Of a DNA stretch of 64,000 bases, positions 29,834-39,749 are shown piece after piece (within the stretch, counting starts at the first letter, position 1; every line of letters starts with the position of its first letter). A program made the translations under genes and the position numbers. This stretch comes from Longimicrobiales bacterium (GTDB lineage Bacteria > Gemmatimonadota > Gemmatimonadetes > Longimicrobiales > Gaopeijiaceae): NCBI GenBank assembly GCA_965198065.1, contig CBDAON010000004.1:960001-1024000 (forward strand), read 5' to 3'. Under the pieces are notes generated by a model. The model had not been told where the DNA came from. It saw nothing but the letters and a program-made list of their open reading frames with translations, and did not search any database.

Positions 29834-31261
29834 ATGGACCACGGGAACCGTCGCCTTCGTCGCGGTTACCACGGCCCAATGATCCGAGCGGCCTTCCCAT
29901 CGCCTCCGTGGACGGCGGCCGGCCCCGGTTGGCGCTGGGGCGCGGGTGCCTTGGCTGTCGTGCTCGGCGCGGGGCTCGGCGCCGCTTCCGGCGTCGCCCA
30001 GGACGTGCCAGCTCCGACTCGACCCGCCGCCGGTGAGCTCGTGGACCGGGTGGTCGGGATCGTCGGCGACTCGGCGATCTTCCACTCCGACCTGCTTGAG
30101 CACGTGATCCGGCTCCAGGCGAACGGAGTCCAGGTTCCTCAGGATTCGGCGGAGCTCCACACGTTCCGCGGACAGGCCCTGAACGAGCTCGTCGCGCACT
30201 CTCTCGTCGTCCAGGCCGCGGCCAGGGACACCCTGATCTCCGTGCCGGACGAGCGGGTGGACGAGGAGCTCCAGACCACGTGGGACGAGCAGGTCCGCCG
30301 TCTCGGGAGCGAGGAGCAGCTTCGACAGGCGCTCGCGGGTGCGGGGATGACGCCGGCCCAGTACAGGGCAGACCTCCGTCGGCAGATCTTCGAGGCCCAG
30401 CTCTCGCAACGCTACATGCAGAGCCAGCGGGGAACGAGCCGCCTGCCCCCGATCGAGGAGAGCGAGCTCCGGGAGTCCTTCGAGCGTGACCGCACGACCT
30501 TCGGGCGCCGCCCAGCCACGATCTCGATCCGCCAGGTGATCCTCCTGCCCCAGCCCTCCGACTCGACGCGGGAGGCTGCCAGAGCGGAAGCGGAACGCAT
30601 CCTCGGTCTCCTTCGCGAGGGCGACGACTTGGAGGAGCTCGCGCGCCGATTCTCCGATGATCCGGGTTCGGCGCAGGCGGGAGGCGACCTCGGATGGGTC
30701 CGCCAGGGCGACACCGTCGTCGAGTTCGAGCTAGCGGTCTTCGGGCTCGGCCGGGGACAGGTGAGCGGCGTCGTTGAGACGGAATATGGAGCGCACATCA
30801 TCCGCCTGGACCGAATTCAGGGGGCCCAGAGGAGCGTTAGTCACATCCTAATCGGCGCCGAGCCCGGCCCGACAGAGGTTGCCGCCACTCGTGCGCGGGC
30901 GAACGAGGTCCGGGCCGCGGTCGCGGCGGGTACGCCCATCACTGAGTTCGAAAGCGAGGGTGAAGGGACCGGGCTCCCGGAGGAACTCGAGCTTGCGGTC
31001 ACACAGCTGGGTCAGCTTCCGGGCGGCTACGCGACCGAGCTCCGGGGGGCGCGAGCGGGAGACGTCCTGGGACCGATCGAGTTCCAGTCCGGCGCCGGGC
31101 TGGCGTTCGCGGTCGTGGAGGTGACGGGCGCCAGAGAGGAAGGAGAGTACGCGTACGAGGACCTCCGCGACCAGATCCGCACCTACCTCGAGGACGAGGG
31201 TTTCAGGGAGCGCCTGCTCGAGCGGTTGAGGGCCGAGACGTACGTTGAGATCCGCTGGTGA
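29834..31261 (+). CDS. surA: SurA-like periplasmic chaperone/PPIase
   Basis: VDRVVGIVG N-domain; parvulin FSDDPGS..GGDLGW..YGAHII; ends ETYVEIRW; upstream of pdxA; start may be 29879. Confidence 0.8.
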   Translation: MDHGNRRLRRGYHGPMIRAAFPSPPWTAAGPGWRWGAGALAVVLGAGLGAASGVAQDVPAPTRPAAGELVDRVVGIVGDSAIFHSDLLEHVIRLQANGVQVPQDSAELHTFRGQALNELVAHSLVVQAAARDTLISVPDERVDEELQTTWDEQVRRLGSEEQLRQALAGAGMTPAQYRADLRRQIFEAQLSQRYMQSQRGTSRLPPIEESELRESFERDRTTFGRRPATISIRQVILLPQPSDSTREAARAEAERILGLLREGDDLEELARRFSDDPGSAQAGGDLGWVRQGDTVVEFELAVFGLGRGQVSGVVETEYGAHIIRLDRIQGAQRSVSHILIGAEPGPTEVAATRARANEVRAAVAAGTPITEFESEGEGTGLPEELELAVTQLGQLPGGYATELRGARAGDVLGPIEFQSGAGLAFAVVEVTGAREEGEYAYEDLRDQIRTYLEDEGFRERLLERLRAETYVEIRW

Positions 31262-32297
31262 CGCTGGGGGTCGTTCTCCCCGGGGTACCCCTGACATCCG
31301 AATCGCCGCTACGCTCGGGGACCCGCGAGGGATCGGCCCGGAGGTGATCTCCCGGGCGGCCCGCGCTTACCGCGCCGATTGCCCTGACGTCGAAATCCTC
31401 CTCGTCGGCTCCGCCGAGGCCCTCCGCCGCGAGGGAGCGGGGTTTCCCTCGGAATCGGTCGGATCCTTCGACGGCTCACTCGAGTCCGCGGGAGACGTGT
31501 CTCTTCGGGCAATCGAGCGGGCCGTTGGGCTGGCCCAGGCCGGGGAAGTCCAGGCGATCGTGACGGGGCCGGTGCACAAACCGGCGCTGGCGGCGGCGGG
31601 CTCTCGCCACCCCGGCCAGACGGAGCTCCTGGCCGAGCTCTCGGGGTCCCGGCGGGTCGGGATGCTCATGCACGCCGACGCTCGGAGCCCCGTCGCTTCC
31701 GCAGAGCCCGATCACGGCGTGCCCGAGGGCTCGACGACGCCCCCGCCGGGTTCTCAGCGTGCGGCGATCCGAATCCTACTCGCGACCACCCACGTCCCGC
31801 TCCGGGACGTGCCGTCCCTCCTCACGGGCGCCCGCCTCGAGGAGCAGACCCGTTTGCTCGCCGAGAGCCTCCGCCTCCACTGGCGCCTGCCTTCCCCGCG
31901 CATCGCCCTCTGCGCCCTGAACCCGCATGCCTCGGACGGGGGGCTCTTCGGCGACGAGGAGGGACAGGTGTTCCTCCCCGCTGCCGAGGCCATGCGGAGG
32001 GACGGAATCGACGTCACCGATCCACTCCCGGCAGACACGGCCTTCCTCCGCCTTCTCTCCGGAGCCGTCGACGCCGTCGTGTCGCCGTACCACGACGTCG
32101 GCATGGCCGTGTTCAAGACCCTCGCCTTCGGGCGCGGCGTAAACGTGACGCTCGGTTTGCCGTTCGTGAGGACTTCGCCGGACCACGGCACTGCGTTCGA
32201 CCGCGCGGGAACGGGCCGGGCCGATCCTGGATCGGCCGTCGAAGCCCTCCGCCTCGCGCGCCGCCTCGCCTCCTCCATGGTCGGAGGATCGCTTTGA
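31245..32297 (+). CDS. pdxA: 4-hydroxythreonine-4-phosphate dehydrogenase
   Basis: GDPRGIGPE, TGPVHK, TTHVPL, LNPHA, YHD, GLPFVRTSPDHGTAF. Confidence 0.93.
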   Translation: MRSAGDAGGRSPRGTPDIRIAATLGDPRGIGPEVISRAARAYRADCPDVEILLVGSAEALRREGAGFPSESVGSFDGSLESAGDVSLRAIERAVGLAQAGEVQAIVTGPVHKPALAAAGSRHPGQTELLAELSGSRRVGMLMHADARSPVASAEPDHGVPEGSTTPPPGSQRAAIRILLATTHVPLRDVPSLLTGARLEEQTRLLAESLRLHWRLPSPRIALCALNPHASDGGLFGDEEGQVFLPAAEAMRRDGIDVTDPLPADTAFLRLLSGAVDAVVSPYHDVGMAVFKTLAFGRGVNVTLGLPFVRTSPDHGTAFDRAGTGRADPGSAVEALRLARRLASSMVGGSL

Positions 32298-32323
32298 CAC
32301 TCCGCGCTCGCGGGGAATATCTT
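32294..32323 (+). promoter_or_regulatory. sigma70 promoter TTGACA-N18-TATCTT for ftsEX
   Basis: Perfect -35 and a TANNNT -10. Confidence 0.65.
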
Positions 32324-32391
32324 CGAAGCAGTGGGCATCGCCCCCACGCCCCCCGACCCCCGCACCCAATCCGCTGGGGGGATAGATCACC

Positions 32392-33078
32392 GTGATCAAG
32401 CTGAGCCAGGTCTCCAAGGAATACGCGCCGAGAGGGCGCGTCCTGGACGAGATCTCCTTCGAGATGGCGAAGGGGGAGTTCGCCTTCCTCACGGGACACT
32501 CCGGGTCGGGCAAGTCCACGACCCTGAAGCTCATCCACATGGCGGAGCGCCCCAGCGCGGGCGAGGTGCGCGTGAGCGGGTACTCCTCCCAGCTCGTTTC
32601 GAGGCGGGAGATCTGGAAGGTCAGGCGACGGGTGGGATTCGTCTTCCAGGATTTCCGGCTCCTTCCAGAGCGGACCGCAACCGAGAACGTGACGTTCGCC
32701 CTCGAGGTGACGGGAACCCCTCGCTCCCAGCTCATCCCCCGCGCCCACCGCCTGCTGTCAAAGGTGGGACTCTCGGCCAAGACCGGGGCCATGGTGCACG
32801 AGCTCTCCGGAGGTGAGCAGCAGCGGGTCGGGATCGCACGCGCTCTGGCGAACGAGCCTTTCGTCCTCCTCGCGGACGAGCCCTCGGGGAACCTGGACGA
32901 GCGCGCCTCCCGCGGGATTATGGAGCTGTTTCGCGTCCTGAACGCACAGGGAATGGCCATCCTCATGGCCACGCACGATCTGGAGCTCGTGCGAGCGTAC
33001 CCTGACATTCGCGTCCTTGAGTTGAACGAGGGGAGACTCGTGTACGACTCGGCCGCCGTGGCCTCTCAAGGTCGCTGA
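32392..33078 (+). CDS. ftsE: Cell-division ABC ATPase FtsE
   Basis: GHSGSGKST, VFQDFRLL, LSGGEQQRV, ADEPSGNLD; followed by ftsX and envC. Confidence 0.93.
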   Translation: MIKLSQVSKEYAPRGRVLDEISFEMAKGEFAFLTGHSGSGKSTTLKLIHMAERPSAGEVRVSGYSSQLVSRREIWKVRRRVGFVFQDFRLLPERTATENVTFALEVTGTPRSQLIPRAHRLLSKVGLSAKTGAMVHELSGGEQQRVGIARALANEPFVLLADEPSGNLDERASRGIMELFRVLNAQGMAILMATHDLELVRAYPDIRVLELNEGRLVYDSAAVASQGR

Positions 33079-33085
33079 AGGACTG

Positions 33086-33942
33086 ATGTACACGATCCGG
33101 GAAGCTCTGGCGGGGATCCGGCGGGCGCCGTTCCTCACGACGCTTTCCGCCGCCATGGTCGCCCTGGCTCTTCTGGTTGTGGGCCTCTTCACGGTCGTCA
33201 GCTACAACCTGCACCAGGCCCTTATCCGGGTGGAGGAGCGCGTCGAGGTCGTCGTGTATCTGAGGGACGACGTGCGCAACGAGGAGGTCCAGGTGGCGGA
33301 CGAGATTCTCCGCGCGATGCCGGAGGTCGCAGGCGTCCGCTACGTCTCCAAGGAGGAGGCCCTCCGGGTCGCGCAGGAGGAGCTCCCCGAGTTCCGGCAG
33401 GTCTTCGTAGGGTTGGACGTGAACCCCCTCCCGGCCTCGCTCGAGGTCGAGCTTCTGCCCGGATATCGGACCCCCGACGCGGTGGAGCGGGTCTCGGGCG
33501 CTACCGTGGACTTCCCGTTCGTCGAGGACGTCGTATAAACGGAAGCGATTGGGTGGACCGAGTCTACCTCCTCCGGAGCGTGGGCGCGGTGGCCACGACG
33601 ATCCTCGGGACGGCCTTCGCGGTCGTGGCCGCTCTCATCATCGGGACGGCAGTCCGGATCGCGATCTTCGCGAGGAAGGACGAGATTCAGATCATGCGGC
33701 TCGTCGGCGCCACGCGGGGCTTCATCCGCCGCCCCTTCCTCCTCGAGGGCTTCTTGACGGGGCTGGTGGGGGGGATCCTGGCGCTCGGACTGACGTACTC
33801 CGCATATGTGACCGGCTCCGAGTTGATCTTCCCCCTCGCGTGGATCCCCGGACGGTGGGTGCTCCTCGGGATCCTCGCGGGCGGGCTCTTCGGAGTCGTG
33901 GCGAGCGCGTTCGCGATCCGGAAGTACCTCCGGGAGGTGTAG
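33086..33942 (+). CDS. ftsX: Cell-division permease FtsX, frameshifted at 33537-33539
   Basis: NPLPASLEV, RIAIFARKDEIQIMRLVGAT..FIRRPFLLEG; removing two A from TAAAC restores V-V-Y-G-S-D-W-V-D-R. Confidence 0.9.
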
Positions 33943-33946
33943 CAAA

Positions 33947-35203
33947 GTGACGATCCGGCTCCTCCGCATGCTGCTCGCGGCCCTGCTCGCCCTCGGAGCC
34001 TTCGGCGACGTGCGCACCGTCCGCGCCCAGCAGACGGTCGACGACGTCGAGGCGCTCCGGCGCGAGATCCAGGAGAGCCAGCTCCGGCTCGAGCAGGTTC
34101 GCGAGGAGCGGGCCCGGCTTCAGCGCGACATGGACGGGCTGCGTTCACGCCTCCAGAATGTGTCGGGCGAGCTCGAGAACATCGAGCGCCAGTTGAGCGT
34201 ATCGCGCTCCGTGGCAGCGGAGATCAACTTCCAGATCGATCTGTCGACTGCCCAGGTCCAGCGCACGACCGCGGACCTCCTCCGAACCCGCGAGCAGCTC
34301 AGCGAGCGACAGGCGATCCTCAATCGACGGCTGCGCGACATCTACAAGGGCGGACCGCTCCACGCTTCCCGTGTGCTTCTGGGCGCACAGTCGTTTTCCA
34401 ATCTCCTGAACCGGATCCGCTACCTCCAGACGATTGCCTCGTACGATCGGATCCTCCTGGACAACGTGCGCGACCTGGAGCGGGAGCTCGCGGAACAGAG
34501 CCGCGACCTCCAGGCGGGGCTGAGCGAGCTCGGTCGGCTCCGGGACGCCAGGCAGGGAGAGCTCGCCGAGCTCCGCCAGATCGAGAGTGAGCACCAGCGG
34601 ACTCTCCAACAATTCCGCACCCAGGAGCGCCAGTCCATCACGCGGCTCGATCAGCTGGACGCGGACGAAGCGCAGCTCGCGGCGCTCCTCGCCACTCTGG
34701 ATCAGCAGCGCCTCGTCGAGGAGCGCCGCCGTACGATCGAGGGGGGCCCGACCCTCGGGGGGGCGACTCTCACGACCGCCAACATCGGGCTCCTCGACTG
34801 GCCCGTCCTGGGGGACATCGCGTACCCCTTCGGCGTCGAGCGCCGCGCGAACGGAACCGTTCTCCGGTGGAACGGGATCGGGATCCGTGCCCCGGTGGGG
34901 ACGCCGGTCGGGGCGGTCCGAGCGGGAACGGTTCTTCTGGCGGGTCCGCTCGAGGGCTACGGTCCGTCCGTGATCCTCTCCCACGGGGGCGGGTTCTACA
35001 CACTGTACCTCTACCTGGAGGAGATCGGGGTCGTGGAGGGGCGGGACGTAGACGCGGGTCAGGTCGTTGGCACCGTGGGAGGTCAGGGGACGCCGGAGGG
35101 CCCCCGCCTCGAGTTCCAGATCCGCGCGCCGGTCGGGGGAGGAACCCAGCAGCAGCCGCTGGATCCCATGCGGTGGCTGAGACCGAGGGCCGGGAGAGAG
35201 TGA
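33947..35203 (+). CDS. envC: EnvC-like murein hydrolase activator (coiled coil + degenerate M23)
   Basis: Long coiled coil, WPV.G, WNGIGI, YTLYLYL, LEFQIR (catalytic His residues absent). Confidence 0.85.
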   Translation: MTIRLLRMLLAALLALGAFGDVRTVRAQQTVDDVEALRREIQESQLRLEQVREERARLQRDMDGLRSRLQNVSGELENIERQLSVSRSVAAEINFQIDLSTAQVQRTTADLLRTREQLSERQAILNRRLRDIYKGGPLHASRVLLGAQSFSNLLNRIRYLQTIASYDRILLDNVRDLERELAEQSRDLQAGLSELGRLRDARQGELAELRQIESEHQRTLQQFRTQERQSITRLDQLDADEAQLAALLATLDQQRLVEERRRTIEGGPTLGGATLTTANIGLLDWPVLGDIAYPFGVERRANGTVLRWNGIGIRAPVGTPVGAVRAGTVLLAGPLEGYGPSVILSHGGGFYTLYLYLEEIGVVEGRDVDAGQVVGTVGGQGTPEGPRLEFQIRAPVGGGTQQQPLDPMRWLRPRAGRE

Positions 35204-36384
35204 CCGTCCACCCGCTCGAGGGGCACGAGGAGCCGCGCGCGGCTGTCGCTCGGGCGTTTGGCGCCAACCGGCTCCCCACCGCCCTTCTCCTCCACGGCCC
35301 CCCCGGAGTCGGAAAACAGCGCTTCGCGCTCTGGATCGGACAGCTGCTCGCGTGCGAGAGTCCCGGCCTCTACGATCCCTGCGGTAATTGCCGCGGATGC
35401 GGCCTGGCCCTCCGGCTCGAGCACCCCGACCTGCATTGGTACTTCCCGATCCCGCGCCCGCCCGCCCGCGGATCCCAGGAGCGGGACCGGGAGGCCCTGG
35501 AGGAGGTCCGGGGCGAGCGCCTCCGGCTCCGGAGGGAAACCCCGCTCCGGCCCTCGTTCTCCGAAGAGGTTCGGGGGATTCATCTCGGCACGATCCGGAA
35601 TCTGAGGCGAGAGGCGGCGCGCAGGCCGACGGGCGCCCGGCGGCTCTTTCTCGTGGCGGACGCAGAGGAACTCGTGTCGCAGGAGTCGAGCCCCGAGGCG
35701 GCTAACGCGCTCCTGAAGGTCCTGGAGGAGCCGCCGTCGGACACGTGGTTCGTCCTTACCGCCTCTGAGCCGGGCCGACTCCTCCCGACGGTCCGCTCCC
35801 GGGCTACGGCTCTCTACCTTGCGCCCCTCCCCGTCGCCCGGGTCGCGGACTTCTTGGCGGGGGCCTGGAGCGGAGCCGGTCGAGAGGACATCTCCAGGGC
35901 GGCCCAGCTGTCGGGAGGCTCGATCGGCAGGGCCCTCGGGTTCCTGAACGACGAGGACGAGGACGGACCCCTCGAAAAGATCCGCAAGGACGCGTTCTTC
36001 CTGCTCAGGGCCGCGCTCGACCCCGACGGCACCGAGCGTTACTCGCGCGCTCTCGGATTCGCCCCCGTCGGGGGTCGTGGCCTGCACGAGCTCCTCACCT
36101 CGCTCGAGACCTGGATTCGGGACCTAGCGGCCGTGGCGGCCGGGACGGAGACTCCGATCCTGAACGGCGGGGCGAGAGACTGGTTCCTGAAGGCGGCCCG
36201 GGAGCGAGACCTCCACCCCGTCGAGCTCGCCCGAGCAGTCGAGCGCGTCGAGGAGGCACGGGAGCGCGCCGCCGGGAATGTGAACCCCCAGCTCCTCGTG
36301 GCCGGGCTCCTGTTCGAGCTGAGCGATGCGCTTCTGGGTGGCGGCGGCCGGTTCGAGCGCCCAGCGCCCGCGGGGGTCTCGTGA
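35200..36384 (+). CDS. holB: DNA polymerase III subunit delta'
   Basis: LLHGPPGVGK, PCGNCRGC, HPDL, AANALLKVLEEPP, LLPTVRSR. Confidence 0.9.
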   Translation: MTVHPLEGHEEPRAAVARAFGANRLPTALLLHGPPGVGKQRFALWIGQLLACESPGLYDPCGNCRGCGLALRLEHPDLHWYFPIPRPPARGSQERDREALEEVRGERLRLRRETPLRPSFSEEVRGIHLGTIRNLRREAARRPTGARRLFLVADAEELVSQESSPEAANALLKVLEEPPSDTWFVLTASEPGRLLPTVRSRATALYLAPLPVARVADFLAGAWSGAGREDISRAAQLSGGSIGRALGFLNDEDEDGPLEKIRKDAFFLLRAALDPDGTERYSRALGFAPVGGRGLHELLTSLETWIRDLAAVAAGTETPILNGGARDWFLKAARERDLHPVELARAVERVEEARERAAGNVNPQLLVAGLLFELSDALLGGGGRFERPAPAGVS

Positions 36385-36905
36385 TCGTCTCCGAGGCCCC
36401 GGGCGATCTCGCCGACCGACCGGACGAGGACGGGCCCGGCCGCCTCACGCACATGGACGACGAGGGCCGCCCCCGCATGGTGGACGTGAGCGGGAAGGCC
36501 GTCACCAACCGGACCGCGATTGCCGAAGGTGCCATCCGGATGTCCGCGGCCACCCTGGAGAAGCTCCTCCACGCAGGACCCAAGGGCGACGCACTCCGGG
36601 TGGGCGAGCTCGCCGGGATTCAAGCCTCGAAGAAGACTGCGGAGCTCGTTCCCCTCTGCCACCTTCTTCCGGCCGTCTCAGTGGGCGTCGAGCTCACTCC
36701 GGACCCCGAGCTCCCGGGCGTCCGCGCGCGGGCGGTGACCCGCGTTCAGGGAACCACGGGAGTCGAGATGGAGGCACTCACCGCCGTAGCCGTGGCCCTG
36801 CTGACCGTGTACGATATGGGAAAGGCGATCGATCGCGGTATGACGATCGAGGGGATCCGGCTCCTCGAGAAAGCGGGGGGGCGGTCCGGGATCTGGAAGG
36901 CGTAG
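36381..36905 (+). CDS. moaC: Cyclic pyranopterin monophosphate synthase
   Basis: LTHMD..MVDVSGK, KGD, PLCH, TGVEMEALTAV, YDMGKA. Confidence 0.95.
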   Translation: MIVSEAPGDLADRPDEDGPGRLTHMDDEGRPRMVDVSGKAVTNRTAIAEGAIRMSAATLEKLLHAGPKGDALRVGELAGIQASKKTAELVPLCHLLPAVSVGVELTPDPELPGVRARAVTRVQGTTGVEMEALTAVAVALLTVYDMGKAIDRGMTIEGIRLLEKAGGRSGIWKA

Positions 36906-36911
36906 GTCTAG

Positions 36912-38291
36912 CTAGGGAATCCGGAGCTCGTCCCCGGGGTGTATCAGGGGATTCGACTCCCGCTGGTTTTCCCTCGCCAGCGCGTCGGTAGAGACCCCGT
37001 AGCGCCGTGCGATCGTCCAGAGGCTCTCCCCCGCTCTAACGACGTGGAGCATGCCGCTCGCGCCGGCGCCGAGCGACGCAACCTGCGACGATCCACCCCG
37101 CCCCCCGCGAACGCCGACCGGAACGACGACGGTCATCCCGATCTGAAGGCGTTGTGGGTCGACGTCGCCATTCGTGTCCACGAGCTCCGGCAGCCCGACC
37201 CCGTACATCAACGCGATGTGGGAGAAGGTCTCCCCCCGAGCCACGACGTGCTCGAGGACCGAGAGCCGCTCTTCCGGAGGAATCATCGCGTACGCCGTCA
37301 CGAAGTTTGCCCCCGTTCCCACCGGGACCCGGACGGAGCGCTCGGCTCCGATCGGCGTGAAGCCTCGAACGTACCGTGGGTTCAGCTCCTGAATCTCGGC
37401 TTCGGTCACCCCCGCCGCCCTCGCGATGATGTCGAGGGACGTGGCGTCCGGAACGACAACCTCATCGAACAAGAAGAGAACGGGTCGGATCGGCTCGAAG
37501 CCGTGGCTCACCGGATCGCCGGCGAGCGCCGCGGCAGCGAAGAAGCGTGGAACGAACTCCCGCGTCTCCGCCGGAAGGAGCCGCCGGATCAACAGGAAGT
37601 CTTCGTCCGTGAGATCTGCGCCGGCGCGCCCGGTCCGGGTGAGGAGCTGCCCAACGCGCCCCGGGCCGACGTTGTACGCCGCGAGCGCCAGGAACCAAGA
37701 GCCGAGGTCCTCGTAGAGCCCCTCGAGATAGTCGAGCGCGGCGTCGGTCGCGGCGAACGGATCTCTCCGGTCGTCCACGATGGACCCAACCGCGACCCCG
37801 AGGCCCCGCGCAGTCGGCCCCATGAGCTGCCAGAGCCCGGTCGCCCCGACCCGGCTCACCGCCCTTGGGAAGTACCCACTCTCCACGAGGGGCAGATAGC
37901 GCAGGCTCTCGGGGAGATCCCGCCTCGCCAGCTCGTCCTCGACGAGCGCGCCGTATTGGCCCATCCGCTCCAGGTATCGGGCGAAGTTTTCGGCCTGATC
38001 CTCCTTCCAGAAGTCCATCCAGAACGCCACCTGCCGCTGAAACGTCGTGTCCTGGGCGGTCGCAGAGGCGAGAATCGGGTCCGTTCCCACGTAGACCGGC
38101 TCACGAACGGGCTCTGCGAACCCGGAGCTCGGGAGCGGGTCGGGCTGCGCGCGGTCGGTAATCACGGGATCGGGATCGGGGGGAGGGGGAGCGGGGGGGG
38201 GGCGCTCGGGAAGTCCCACGCTCTGGCACGCCGACAGCGCGGCGAGCGTCAGAGCCGTGAGGAAGCGTGGGCCGACTCGTGGTGGCGGCAT
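36912..38291 (-). CDS. Membrane-bound lytic transglycosylase (MltD-like, SLT + LysM), lipoprotein
   Basis: Lipobox LSAC; VESGY..GATGLWQLM, AAYNVG, ETREFV; LysM repeats HVVARGET, HVVRAGESLW. Confidence 0.88.
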   Translation of the reverse strand: MPPPRVGPRFLTALTLAALSACQSVGLPERPPPAPPPPDPDPVITDRAQPDPLPSSGFAEPVREPVYVGTDPILASATAQDTTFQRQVAFWMDFWKEDQAENFARYLERMGQYGALVEDELARRDLPESLRYLPLVESGYFPRAVSRVGATGLWQLMGPTARGLGVAVGSIVDDRRDPFAATDAALDYLEGLYEDLGSWFLALAAYNVGPGRVGQLLTRTGRAGADLTDEDFLLIRRLLPAETREFVPRFFAAAALAGDPVSHGFEPIRPVLFLFDEVVVPDATSLDIIARAAGVTEAEIQELNPRYVRGFTPIGAERSVRVPVGTGANFVTAYAMIPPEERLSVLEHVVARGETFSHIALMYGVGLPELVDTNGDVDPQRLQIGMTVVVPVGVRGGRGGSSQVASLGAGASGMLHVVRAGESLWTIARRYGVSTDALARENQRESNPLIHPGDELRIP

Positions 38292-38298
38292 CGGTCGC

Positions 38299-39429
38299 TT
38301 ACCCTCCCAGGATCTGATCCACACCGGCGAGGAGCCGGTCGATGGATTCGTCTCGGGCGCCGTGCCCCATGAGCCCGATGCGCCAGATCTTACCCTTGAC
38401 CGGGCCCAGCCCGCCGCCCACCTCAATCCCGTGCTGCTCGAGGAGCTGCGAGCGGAGCGGCACCTCTTCCCTTCTGCCCGGCAGCTCGACCGCGGTGAGC
38501 TGGGCGAGCCGGCACGATTCGTCGGTGAACGGGATGAAGCCCCTCGCGTAGAGCTCTTCGCTCAGGCGCGCGCCCACCCGTGTGTGGCGCTCGTAACGGG
38601 CCTCGAGGCCTTCCTCTTCGAGCTCCCTCAGGGCCTCGTGCAGCGCGTAGAACAGGTTGATCGGCGCCGTGTGGTGATACCGTCGTTCGGCCCCGATGTA
38701 GTTCTCGATCAGGGAGACGTCCAGGTACCAGCTCGTGGACGGCACCTTCCGGGTGTGCACCCGCTCCGCCGCCCGCGGCGAGAACGTGATCGGCGCAAGG
38801 CCGGGAAGGGCCCCGATGCACTTTTGGGTCCCAGCGTAGCAGATGTCGATCCCGATCGAGTCCACCTCCACCGGCATCCCGCCCAGCGAGGTGACCGCGT
38901 CCACCACGAACAGCGTGTCCTGGTCCTCCAGGTATGCTCCGAGCTCGTGGAGGGAGCGGCAGGCGCCCGTCGAGGTTTCGGCTTGGACGACAGCGAGAAG
39001 CCGCGCCTCAGGATGGGCCTTGTGGGCCTCGACCAGACGGTCCACCTCGACCGTCCGGCCCCACTCGGCCTCGACGGCCACGACGTCGGCCCCCATGCGG
39101 GCAGCCATCTTGGTCAGCCGCTGCCCGAAGAAGCCCTGGACGCCGATGATCGCGGTGTCGCCCGGCTCCAGGACGTTCACGAGCGCGGCCTCCATTCCCG
39201 CGGAGCCCGTCCCCGAGATGGGGAACGTGAGCTCGTTTCGGGTCCCGAACACGGCCCGGAGCCGATCGTTAACGTCGTCGAGGAGGGCGAGAAACTGGGG
39301 ATCCAGGTGCCCCAGGGTGGGGCGTGCCGCCGCCTGGAGCACGCGTGCCGAAACTGGAGAGGGGCCCGGTCCCAGAAGAAGCCGCGGAGTGAGTGACCCG
39401 ACCGTGATCTCAAGCGACGAGACGTTCAT
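38299..39429 (-). CDS. Alanine--glyoxylate/serine--pyruvate aminotransferase (class V PLP)
   Basis: LLGPGPS, SGTGSAGME, ETSTG, DAVTSLG, GTQKC, YHHTAP, RIGLMG. Confidence 0.9.
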   Translation of the reverse strand: MNVSSLEITVGSLTPRLLLGPGPSPVSARVLQAAARPTLGHLDPQFLALLDDVNDRLRAVFGTRNELTFPISGTGSAGMEAALVNVLEPGDTAIIGVQGFFGQRLTKMAARMGADVVAVEAEWGRTVEVDRLVEAHKAHPEARLLAVVQAETSTGACRSLHELGAYLEDQDTLFVVDAVTSLGGMPVEVDSIGIDICYAGTQKCIGALPGLAPITFSPRAAERVHTRKVPSTSWYLDVSLIENYIGAERRYHHTAPINLFYALHEALRELEEEGLEARYERHTRVGARLSEELYARGFIPFTDESCRLAQLTAVELPGRREEVPLRSQLLEQHGIEVGGGLGPVKGKIWRIGLMGHGARDESIDRLLAGVDQILGG

Positions 39430-39749
39430 TCAGCTCCAAGCCGGCTCCGGTTCGTCCGGTCCGATTCTCGTCCAGTCCCGACGATCCGCGGAAACGCCGC
39501 GGTCCCGAGCGCCCCCCGCGTGCCCCGCTCCACATGCAAAGGCGCCCCGAGCGGCGCTCGCGGGCACCAAACGGTAAAAGGTAGGCGCGCCCGCCGGGGG
39601 AGCAAGCCCAACCGTCGTAGGGACGCCGGTCCTCGTGGGCCCCCGGGACCCTCCCCGGACCCATCGCTACCGAGACCGATGGCATCTGCACGACAGCTCG
39701 ACATGATCGCTCAACGTTCAGGCGTTCCAAGGCCATTCAGAGAGGCCTC

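Noticed and set aside
33530..33550. Programmed ribosomal frameshift in ftsX
   Set aside because: No canonical slippery heptamer; fits the window-wide pattern of small indels
39410..39736. Small ORFs between guaB and the aminotransferase
   Set aside because: No RBS or motif; the region is better explained by a stem-loop and a promoter
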